Shown: positions 1-7,011 of the stretch, one piece after another | Layout of the letters: the number at the start of each line of letters is the position of its first letter | How positions within the stretch are numbered: the first letter of the stretch is position 1 | DNA from: a virus | Strand: one strand, 5' to 3' | UHGV virus genome: UHGV-1333851 | DNA length: 18,488 bases | Program-made: the position numbers and the translations under genes | Notes under the pieces: generated by a model | Databases searched by the model: none | What the model saw: the letters and a program-made list of their open reading frames with translations, nothing else | Told to the model about the DNA's origin: nothing

Positions 1-550
1 AACAACCAGTGCGTGGGTATATGCAAACAGGTTTTCTATTAATAGTGGTTCAACCTCATGGATTGATATGCGAAACCAAAATGTCATTTTTGGTAAAAAC
101 GCGGTATCAACAAGTTCCGCCCAAGCATTATTAAGACAAGACCATGCTGACAGAAAGTTCTTTATTGGTGGTCTTGGTAATAGCCAATTCGGCTTTTACA
201 TGATTAACAACTCAAGAACCGCAAATGGAACAGATGGTCAAGCATTCCTTGATAGCAGTGGTAACTTCCAGTGTGGTGGGCAAATAGTTCCCGCCAATTA
301 CAGTAATTTTGATTCCAGATATGCACTGAGAACATCTTACGTTTCCAGCGTAAGGATGGGGTCCGTTGCCAGTTATAGCCCACCAAACAACGAAACCTCC
401 TGGACTAAGAACCTTGGTAGCGGACTGGTTATGACAGGGATTATTGTTCAGGAAACAGGAAAAGCTTCTGCCGATAACATCGGTGGTATTTATTATCGGC
501 CAGTTCAATATTGTATCAACGGTACCTGGTATACAGCAGCATCAGTATAA
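1..550 (+). CDS. Tail fibre protein, C-terminal receptor-binding part (5' end outside window; fibre module A)
   Basis: Reading frame open from position 2 to TAA at 548-550 with no stop, so the gene continues upstream. The C-terminus (NYSNFDSRYAL...RPVQYCINGTWYTAASV) is paralogous to the C-terminus of the minus-strand fibre gene at 1684-2781. Followed 14 nt later by a tail fibre assembly gene with a strong SD. Confidence 0.8.
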   Translation, partial: TTSAWVYANRFSINSGSTSWIDMRNQNVIFGKNAVSTSSAQALLRQDHADRKFFIGGLGNSQFGFYMINNSRTANGTDGQAFLDSSGNFQCGGQIVPANYSNFDSRYALRTSYVSSVRMGSVASYSPPNNETSWTKNLGSGLVMTGIIVQETGKASADNIGGIYYRPVQYCINGTWYTAASV

Positions 551-564
551 AAAGGAGGCAGTAT

Positions 565-1080
565 ATGAATAATTTTAAAAACTTCACTTCCTACACGCCG
601 GGAGAAGATAAAAAAGAGCTTATTGATGCTGGAGTTTTATTCCTTCAGGATGAAAACGGTAATGACTGGTATGAATGTCAGAAGTTGTTTTCAGAATCTA
701 CAAGAATAGTTGCATATGATAGTAACGATATAGTTGTCAGCATTACTGATGACGTTTCTACCCTTTGGCCTATAGGATTGTCTGTAGCTGAAGTAGGAAG
801 TTTACCTGAAGATGTAGATATCAACGGTAATTGGGTGTTTAGAAACAACTCAGTTGTTAAACGCATATATTCTGATACAGAATTACAACAGCAAGCTGAA
901 TCAAAAAAGGCAGCCTTGCTTTCACACGCCGAATCAGTAATCGCAACTCTTGAGCGGGCAGTTAAATTGAATATGGCAACTGATGAGGAACGAGAAAAAC
1001 TGGAAGCGTGGGAGCGTTATAGCGTGTTGGTTTATCGTGTAGATACAGCTAAACCAGAATGGCCTGAAGAACCGGAGTGA
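565..1080 (+). CDS. Tail fibre assembly protein (Tfa/U-like)
   Basis: ATG at 565 preceded by AAGGAGG; the ORF-track start at 511 lacks an RBS. The N-terminal ~95 aa are highly similar to the convergent ORF at 1120-1665 (MxNFKxFTSYTP.EDK.EL..AGV.FL.DENGNDWYECQK), as expected for phage Tfa/U proteins. Confidence 0.85.
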   Translation: MNNFKNFTSYTPGEDKKELIDAGVLFLQDENGNDWYECQKLFSESTRIVAYDSNDIVVSITDDVSTLWPIGLSVAEVGSLPEDVDINGNWVFRNNSVVKRIYSDTELQQQAESKKAALLSHAESVIATLERAVKLNMATDEEREKLEAWERYSVLVYRVDTAKPEWPEEPE

Positions 1081-1085
1081 AGTAA

Positions 1086-1112
1086 AGGCCCGATTTATCG
1101 GGCCTATTTCAC
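1086..1112. terminator. Hairpin between convergent tfa genes, putative bidirectional terminator
   Basis: GGCCCGA-TTTA-TCGGGCC stem-loop followed by a T-rich tract (TATTTCACTTT), lying between the convergent 3' ends at 1080 and 1120. Confidence 0.5.
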
Positions 1113-1119
1113 TTTCCTT

Positions 1120-1665
1120 TTAAACTGGCTCAGTAGGCCAGGCGATCGCATTGAAAGTGGCTTTATCTGTTATTGTGTTGAAATCTAATGCATTAACAGC
1201 ATCTATATAGTCCAGCCAGGCGTCAAGAGCTGACTGTTCATCTTCAGATAATATTCTGCCGCGTAGTAATTTTGTCTGGCTAATGACGAGCTGTTGACGT
1301 GCGCTGTTAAGTCGCTCAGTGCGTCTTGATTCCGCCATGTTTTTTAACTCATCTGCGGTTCTTACTCTTTCAACCACATTTTCTCCGTCAAATATCCAGT
1401 TCCCATCAATATCTACTCCATCAGGCAGAGTTTCTATTTCTGCTACAGATGCCCCCACAGGCCAGAGTGTTGAAACATCGTTTGAAATACTCACGACGAT
1501 ATTATCGCTGTCATAAACTATCTTTATCGTATTCTCATGAAAAAATTTCTGACATTCATACCAGTCATTACCGTTTTCATCACGTAAAAATACAACTCCA
1601 GCTTCAACAAGCTCTGACTTATCTTCATCTGGGGTGTAGGATGTGAACTTTTTAAAATTAATCAT
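1120..1665 (-). CDS. Tail fibre assembly protein (Tfa-prime/U-prime-like)
   Basis: Paralog of 565-1080. Start placed at the ATG at 1665 (MINFKKF...), which has GGAG 7 nt upstream; the ORF-track start at 1677 has no RBS. The C-terminal half differs from the plus-strand copy. Confidence 0.85.
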   Translation of the reverse strand: MINFKKFTSYTPDEDKSELVEAGVVFLRDENGNDWYECQKFFHENTIKIVYDSDNIVVSISNDVSTLWPVGASVAEIETLPDGVDIDGNWIFDGENVVERVRTADELKNMAESRRTERLNSARQQLVISQTKLLRGRILSEDEQSALDAWLDYIDAVNALDFNTITDKATFNAIAWPTEPV

Positions 1666-1683
1666 TGTTTGCTCCATTAATAA

Positions 1684-2781
1684 TCATGCTGTGGCTGCTG
1701 TATACCAAGTGCCATTAATGCAATACTGTAAAGGCCTCAATCTTGCTGGGTCGTCACCATCAACTTCACCAATAATCCCAAGCCCTGTAATGACATAGCC
1801 AGCAGTTTCAAACATCGTGCCTTTCTGCATGGTATGAGTTTTATATGCCCCAAGTCTGACGCTGGTCACACAAGCCGTCTTTAATGCGTAACGAGAGTCA
1901 AAATTACTATAATTAGAGGGGGACACCTGACCATTTACAGCAAATGTTATGCTGTTATCAGTATTTCTCTGACTATAAAAATGCCATCCTGAATCATCAC
2001 CTAATTCAGCTACAACAGGACGAGTAGAAGCACCCCATAAATTAAATGTTACGTTCTTTGTGGATGTGTTAGAACTTGATAGTGAAAAAGTTTTACTATC
2101 TCCGGCCAGCAATTTTTTTAAAGAAAAAGCCGCATCATTCTGAAAGCGGAATACTCGCTGACCATTAGCGTAAACATCAAGAATGCCATCACCATTCTGT
2201 TTAAAACCAGTATCATTATCGCCAAGGACGATAGAGTTACCACCAAGAGCATTTGCAGTACCCAGACCAACAGAACCATTAACAGTTAAACCATTACCGA
2301 TTGAAACAGCACCATTGGCGTTGTTAATGGTAAGCGGCCTTAAACTATTCCATGTTCCCAGGCTGTCGCCCGAATTGGTCAACATGAAGTATGTGCTTGA
2401 ACCATCGTTTCGGATAAAGAATCCATAGTCACCCTGTACGATGCGGAAGCCATTTCCTGACTTGGAGACAATCTCACCATCAACCGTTAAACCGCCGGTA
2501 AGAGTTCCTCCGGTTATTGGCAATGCATCAATATCTTGAGGCGTGAGGTTAATGTCTTTTGAACCATCAAACGAAACGGAATTAATCTTTCTCGCGGTTT
2601 TCAGCTTTGTAGCCGTTGAGGCATTGCCGGACAGCTCACCAGAAATGCCACCAACAACTGTTAGATCACCAGTTATTGTGCCGCCTGAACTTTCCAGTTT
2701 TTTAGCAACATCACTCTTAATAGAGTCGATTTCTTTTTTCAGATTAGTTATATCTGCTGGTATCGTTGTCACTGTTGCCAT
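1684..2781 (-). CDS. Tail fibre protein, alternative receptor-binding module B, with its own start codon
   Basis: 365 aa. Contains a phage tail fibre repeat-like motif (NASTATKLKTARKINSVSFDGSKDINLT) and Gly-rich fibre sequence; the C-terminal ~80 aa are paralogous to module A (…RPLQYCINGTWYTAATA). ATG at 2781 has AAGGA 9 nt upstream. Confidence 0.8.
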   Translation of the reverse strand: MATVTTIPADITNLKKEIDSIKSDVAKKLESSGGTITGDLTVVGGISGELSGNASTATKLKTARKINSVSFDGSKDINLTPQDIDALPITGGTLTGGLTVDGEIVSKSGNGFRIVQGDYGFFIRNDGSSTYFMLTNSGDSLGTWNSLRPLTINNANGAVSIGNGLTVNGSVGLGTANALGGNSIVLGDNDTGFKQNGDGILDVYANGQRVFRFQNDAAFSLKKLLAGDSKTFSLSSSNTSTKNVTFNLWGASTRPVVAELGDDSGWHFYSQRNTDNSITFAVNGQVSPSNYSNFDSRYALKTACVTSVRLGAYKTHTMQKGTMFETAGYVITGLGIIGEVDGDDPARLRPLQYCINGTWYTAATA

Positions 2782-2790
2782 ATTAATTCC

Positions 2791-3069
2791 TTACGCCCAT
2801 TCCCGCAGCGGTTGTTCTAATTGAACTTCAAAACCATCAAACATTTGTTGTTTCAAACTGTTGTTTAAAATACGAACATTAACGAAGAAGCCATCATTTT
2901 TAATCACTGTTGGTTCTTCGTTCTCGCCGTTTGGTATTTCGGTATATGTAATACCTACAACATCAAGAAGGATGTTGTTTTGCAGTTCTTCATTATCGTG
3001 CCAGGATATACTCTCTAAAAAAGAGTCGTATTCTTCCCTGTCTCTGAATTTCAACGTAATATCTTTCAT
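2791..3069 (-). CDS. Small protein translationally coupled to the upstream fibre gene; putative fibre chaperone/assembly factor
   Basis: 92 aa. Its ATG overlaps the stop of the 3069-4568 fibre gene (TAATG); its stop lies 9 nt before the start of the next fibre gene. The chaperone role is inferred from position only. Confidence 0.4.
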   Translation of the reverse strand: MKDITLKFRDREEYDSFLESISWHDNEELQNNILLDVVGITYTEIPNGENEEPTVIKNDGFFVNVRILNNSLKQQMFDGFEVQLEQPLREWA

Positions 3070-4568
3070 TAAATAACCTCAGCCATTTGTTGGTCTGTTA
3101 ATGCTTTATGCCATATTCTGAAATTCCTGATATGACCAAATAAATGACGTAACCCTGCTGTAGTCTGGCCTCCAATACGGATGGTTGCAGAGTTCTGAAT
3201 ATAGGACCACGTAGTCTTTTTTTCGCTGGATATGCGCCCGTTACTTACTGAGCACGTAGACTGATCTGATTTTACACGCATCCCCATAACCATTTTTTCA
3301 AGCGATGCGTTTTCGTTTACCCGTCTGTTAGCTCCTCCAATATCGCAATAAGGAAATCCGTCTGGCCCATCTGCCGAAGATCCGAACCCAAGAATAATAG
3401 CCGCTCCGGTTTGATGACCGCTGGTATCAAAAACACGTGGCGCTGCATTTGGCGTTTTATACCAGTTCTTATGTACCTCACAAAGAACCGTAAAAGGAAG
3501 ATTATAAAGATTATTATTAATTGGAACTGTAACTATATCGCTTGCGCGGGTAGCCGCCGTCGTTCCTGAGATAATAAAAGATGATGCACAAGAACCATCC
3601 TCAACTTGAGGGGTAGACAGATAAATATAGTCTCCAGATACGGTTGCTCCGCCCTGCTTAGGAGAATACTGTATCTGAGATCCTATTTTTAACTCATCAT
3701 CAATTGCCTGGATTGTTGCCTCTGCAAAAATCCATCCAGTAGCTTCGTCCTTTCTGACTCTCGCTGTAATCCTTGATGCCGCGCCACCTGTCATATTAAT
3801 TTCAAGCGTTTGTGTATCAATATATGCATCACCAAGAAAAGTTGTTGCACTACCGTCATATTTATCAAAGCGGATACGCAACCTTACCTGTCGTTCTGTT
3901 TTAAAACGACATGAGGTTGTCACGTACTTGTTATCGCCTGAAACATCAACTGACTTTGTAGCAGCAATTGATGCCATATTAATGGCTGATGTTTGCCCAA
4001 TCAGAGAATCGTTACAGACAAACTTTCCATAGGTAAAACCAAAACTATCCGTCCCGGTTTCGGGAACATCCATATTTGACGATCGCCCCCAACTGGCAGG
4101 GTTTTCCGAATTGAGCATGTAGTTTGTTCGTTGTCCCTCAATAAGCAGGCCATCACGTTCAAATCGTGGCTCGTCAATGGCAGCCTCTGTCAGCACACCA
4201 GATTTATTTATATAGGTTGCTTTCGATGCGCGTTTAAACTTAACAACCTTGTCGCCAGGCATTGTTATTTCGTCGTCGCCAATAACAATCTTTTTATATG
4301 ATGGAGAAAAGCCCGCAATCATATCCAGTGAATCATTAAACGGTATCCACACATCTGGCAGCGGTTGAATAATCTTCCTGGCATCCTCCAGTGACAATGC
4401 TTCGACATCCGAGGCTGTTAAAGAAATATCTGCCGAACCGTCAAATGAAACGTTGTTAATCTTCCGCGCTGTTTTCAATTTCGTCGCGGTGTCGGCATTC
4501 CCTGTCAGCGCCCCGGTGATCCCGCCGTTGAAAGTCTGGCGTGCACTCCATGTGTTAGCCGTGCTCAA
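3069..4568 (-). CDS. Tail fibre variable segment C with a C-terminal LamG/concanavalin-like domain; probably expressed only as a fusion after inversion
   Basis: 499 aa from a TTG (ORF-track start) that has no SD. The frame stays open upstream through the crossover site to a stop at 4647-4649. Contains a tail fibre repeat (NADTATKLKTARKINNVSFDGSADISLT). The C-terminus (…LFGHIRNFRIWHKALTDQQMAEVI) resembles the terminal strand motif of LamG-like jelly-roll lectin domains. Confidence 0.7.
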   Translation of the reverse strand: MSTANTWSARQTFNGGITGALTGNADTATKLKTARKINNVSFDGSADISLTASDVEALSLEDARKIIQPLPDVWIPFNDSLDMIAGFSPSYKKIVIGDDEITMPGDKVVKFKRASKATYINKSGVLTEAAIDEPRFERDGLLIEGQRTNYMLNSENPASWGRSSNMDVPETGTDSFGFTYGKFVCNDSLIGQTSAINMASIAATKSVDVSGDNKYVTTSCRFKTERQVRLRIRFDKYDGSATTFLGDAYIDTQTLEINMTGGAASRITARVRKDEATGWIFAEATIQAIDDELKIGSQIQYSPKQGGATVSGDYIYLSTPQVEDGSCASSFIISGTTAATRASDIVTVPINNNLYNLPFTVLCEVHKNWYKTPNAAPRVFDTSGHQTGAAIILGFGSSADGPDGFPYCDIGGANRRVNENASLEKMVMGMRVKSDQSTCSVSNGRISSEKKTTWSYIQNSATIRIGGQTTAGLRHLFGHIRNFRIWHKALTDQQMAEVI

Positions 4569-4598
4569 CAGGGGGATCTTTTCACCGCTGGTACCGAG

Positions 4599-4624
4599 TT
4601 CTCTTAAACCAAGGTTTAGGATTG
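4599..4624. other. Site-specific inversion crossover site (hix/gix/cix-like)
   Basis: TTCTCTTAAACC-AA-GGTTTAGGATTG: two 12-bp imperfect inverted half-sites around a 2-bp core, matching the Hin/Gin/Cin family architecture (TTnTCnnAAACC NN GGTTTnnGAnAA). It is the only canonical AAACC-NN-GGTTT found in the window. Confidence 0.75.
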
Positions 4625-5176
4625 AAATGATGACGCCGGAAACTTCTTATAAAGCGTGGAAACAGCCACATCATAGATGATTGCAACCTGCTTACGGGGG
4701 ATACCCTTCTCCAGCAATCGCCGCATTTGCTGCCATGTTTCTTCTTGGTATTTAGGCCGACGCCCACCTATACGACCTTCTGCGCGAGCTGCATCAAGTC
4801 CAGCGCGTGTACGTTCAACGATAAGCTCACGTTCCATTTCTGCCAGCGCACCCATTACGTGAAAGAAAAAGCGCCCCATTGGTGTACTGGTGTCGATGGA
4901 GTCAGTGAGACTCCGGAAGTTAATGCCTCTGTCACGCAGCTCTTCCACCAGCACAACTAAGTGACGCATGCTGCGCCCAAGACGGTCTAACTTCCATACG
5001 ACCAGGGTATCACCTCTGGAAAGCATACGGAGTACCTTTTTTAACCCAGGGCGCTCAGCCTTTTTGCCGCTCGCCTTGTCCTCAAAAATTAGCTCACATC
5101 CTGCGCTTTCAAGAGCGTTTCGTTGTAAAGCAGTGTTTTGTTCATTTGTTGATACACGTACATAGCCTATTAGCAT
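4616..5176 (-). CDS. cin: DNA invertase, small serine recombinase of the Hin/Gin/Cin/Pin family
   Basis: 186 aa. MLIGYVRVSTNEQ…GDTLVVWKLDRLGRS…GRFFFHVMGALAEMERELIVERT…STLYKKFP matches the resolvase/invertase catalytic domain (catalytic Ser in VRVST) and the C-terminal HTH. ATG at 5176. The stop codon lies inside the crossover site. Confidence 0.95.
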   Translation of the reverse strand: MLIGYVRVSTNEQNTALQRNALESAGCELIFEDKASGKKAERPGLKKVLRMLSRGDTLVVWKLDRLGRSMRHLVVLVEELRDRGINFRSLTDSIDTSTPMGRFFFHVMGALAEMERELIVERTRAGLDAARAEGRIGGRRPKYQEETWQQMRRLLEKGIPRKQVAIIYDVAVSTLYKKFPASSFQS

Positions 5177-5302
5177 ATTTTCTGCTCACTATCGTTATTT
5201 ATAGCAAGCTGCGGATTTTAATTAACAAAACCAGTGTGTGTGGAAATCACAAAGTACATACCGTTTCCCAATGATGTTTATTTAACCATTAAGGAAATAG
5301 TT

Positions 5303-5584
5303 ATGTTTGATCTAAAAATCATTTTCATATCCATCTTTGGCGGAGTGCATTCGTTTCTGAATGGGGTTCGTGAAAAACGTTACGAAGCATCATGCAGGCA
5401 ATTGCTGGCCGAGTGTCTTGCTGCCGTACTTGCAGGCTTTATAGGCATGTGTTTCGCGGAATATAAGGGTATGGATGAAAGTCTTCAGAATTGCGTGACT
5501 CTTATTTGCAGCATCAATAACAGGCTCATTCTTGAAAGGTTACAAAGGCTTATCGATTCGTACCTCAATAGAAATGCCTCTTAA
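5303..5584 (+). CDS. Small membrane protein, holin-like (possibly LydC-like)
   Basis: Start placed at the ATG at 5303 (AAGGAAA 7 nt upstream) rather than the ORF-track start at 5234. Two hydrophobic segments (IIFISIFGGVHSFL, LAAVLAGFIGMCFA). First gene downstream of the invertase on the opposite strand. Confidence 0.4.
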   Translation: MFDLKIIFISIFGGVHSFLNGVREKRYEASCRQLLAECLAAVLAGFIGMCFAEYKGMDESLQNCVTLICSINNRLILERLQRLIDSYLNRNAS

Positions 5585-5604
5585 GCAACAAATGACCGGT
5601 TGAG

Positions 5605-5625
5605 AAGTTACTTTGCATACCATTA
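5605..5625 (+). promoter_or_regulatory. Candidate late-type promoter upstream of lydA-like gene
   Basis: GTTACTTTGCATACCAT: a TTTGCAT element abutting a TANNNT hexamer (TACCAT). The same arrangement occurs upstream of lyz. Possibly a late-activator-dependent promoter. Confidence 0.25.
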
Positions 5626-5651
5626 CCTCCTGACAACGTAGGAGGGAACTT

Positions 5652-5981
5652 GTGCTTGACACACAGGAATTAGCTCCAGTTGCTATTGCGCTCCTGCTTT
5701 CAGTAATTGGTGGGATAGGCACGTTCCTGATGGATGTCCGAGATGGTCGCCAGTCTGGCAATTTGTTGGGATTGGTTACGGAGATCTTTGTTGCAGTGAC
5801 AGCTGGCGCGGTGGCGTACCTATTGGGGCAACACGAAGGCTGGGAGTTATCAATTACGTACTTAATGGTAACGATAGCCAGCAATAACGGTCATGAGGTG
5901 ATTTCAGGGATGAAACGAGTGAATATCGATAGCATTCTGAATGTTCTTACAAGTTTGGTGAAAAAGGGAGGTGGGAAATGA
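5652..5981 (+). CDS. lydA: Holin-like membrane protein (LydA-like)
   Basis: 109 aa. GTG start at 5652 with GGAGGG just upstream. Two or three predicted TM segments (VAIALLLSVIGGIGTFL, IFVAVTAGAVAYLL). Lies immediately upstream of the Hdf/DarA-like genes, as lydA does in P1 by my recollection. Confidence 0.55.
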   Translation: MLDTQELAPVAIALLLSVIGGIGTFLMDVRDGRQSGNLLGLVTEIFVAVTAGAVAYLLGQHEGWELSITYLMVTIASNNGHEVISGMKRVNIDSILNVLTSLVKKGGGK

Positions 5982-6421
5982 TTGGCTGGGGTGTATGCGT
6001 TCTTGCGTTAGCCTTAGCCGATCGCTATTTGCTAAAACGCAAGGACATCACGCATTTAGAACTTGGTGATGTGGAAATTAAACAGGGCTTCATCCGGGTG
6101 CCGTTCAAATACCGGTCTAAATTCCCGTTTTTGCGCGGCGCAACGGTCAGATATTGGATCCGCGATGTTCAGAAGCCAACGACAGTGATTGAAGGCGAAC
6201 AACGTTGTCTGACGTCGGCTGAACAGGGCGAAAACAGTGAATGGTTGTACATACCCACTGAATATATGGGTAAAGGAGAGCGACTGTGGCATTTCAACGT
6301 CATGGTTACGCATGGCGACTCGTTCATTAACCCGTTGTATCGGATTTTCCCTGTTACTCAGAAAATCCGCAGAAGTTACGTAATAAATCTCGCACAGGAT
6401 GTGTCAGATGACGAAAAATAA
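5978..6421 (+). CDS. lydB: LydB-like protein (putative holin antagonist/lysis regulator)
   Basis: 147 aa. ATGA start/stop overlap with the preceding gene and a strong SD (GGGAGGTG). N-terminal hydrophobic segment. Assignment rests on position and size only. Confidence 0.45.
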   Translation: MIGWGVCVLALALADRYLLKRKDITHLELGDVEIKQGFIRVPFKYRSKFPFLRGATVRYWIRDVQKPTTVIEGEQRCLTSAEQGENSEWLYIPTEYMGKGERLWHFNVMVTHGDSFINPLYRIFPVTQKIRRSYVINLAQDVSDDEK

Positions 6422-7010
6422 GTATGCAACGGTCGATTTTGACCAGGTTAATGAAAAGGGGCTGAAATCCCTTATCGCGGCGATCAATAAAACCGGTGTT
6501 ACGGTAATTGAGGTTGACTCCAGCAACCGCGCAACAACGAAAGATGGCGTTAAAGTTAAAACCGCAAAGCTGGTTCTTAACGACGGACAAATTCTTGCCA
6601 TACAGGTAAACGATACTGGCGATATATCGTCTGTGAAACTGAATGGAAAAGCTATTCCTAACGCTCAGTCGCCGGATATCAAGACGCTTGGTACCGTCAT
6701 GGGACAGGCGGCCCGCAAAAACTCCGCAAAATTCCAGAAATCACTGATCGCCAAAGCGAAGCGTGTTGCCAATCCGGTAGACAAGAAACCGGCAGTTAAA
6801 TCCAACTTTCAGCGCCTGCAAGAAGCAAAACAGCGGAATGCTCAGGTGGTTGCCGCTTATAAGTCCGCGCAGAATTCGGTGTCTTTCAATCAACAGCAGA
6901 TCACTGATTTGCGGGCGAAGCTGGATAAGGAGACGGGCCGACTCAATAACGAAAAGGCACGGAATGGCGAACTTAAACGTCGTCTTAAGCAACTGAAAGC
7001 AGGAAATTAA
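6408..7010 (+). CDS. hdf: Hdf-like protein (paralog of a DarA fragment)
   Basis: Start at the ATG at 6408 (AGGA 9 nt upstream). Shares a region with the next, larger gene (L.DGQ…NSAKFQ.…K). C-terminal coiled-coil-like K/R/E-rich tail. Confidence 0.55.
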   Translation: MTKNKYATVDFDQVNEKGLKSLIAAINKTGVTVIEVDSSNRATTKDGVKVKTAKLVLNDGQILAIQVNDTGDISSVKLNGKAIPNAQSPDIKTLGTVMGQAARKNSAKFQKSLIAKAKRVANPVDKKPAVKSNFQRLQEAKQRNAQVVAAYKSAQNSVSFNQQQITDLRAKLDKETGRLNNEKARNGELKRRLKQLKAGN

Positions 7011-7011
7011 C

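Noticed and set aside
17-42. Possible second crossover site (GCAAAC-AG-GTTTTCTATTAA) at the window start
   Set aside because: The spacing between AAAC and GTTT is 2 nt rather than the canonical AAACC-NN-GGTTT, and the core does not match a partner for the AA core at 4611-4612. The true left site is probably upstream of the window.
204-508. Minus-strand ORFs (204-386, 212-508) antisense to fibre A, and similar antisense ORFs across the fibre, invertase, darA and portal genes
   Set aside because: Shadow ORFs opposite strongly supported genes; no RBS or motif support.
511-564. N-terminal extension of the tfa ORF (ORF-track start at 511)
   Set aside because: It has no RBS and overlaps the fibre gene end; the ATG at 565 has a consensus AAGGAGG SD and aligns with the paralog's start.
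1684-2781. Module B as a start-less variable segment fused at its own crossover site
   Set aside because: No crossover-like sequence near 2781-2830; B has its own ATG and SD, and an in-frame stop three codons upstream.
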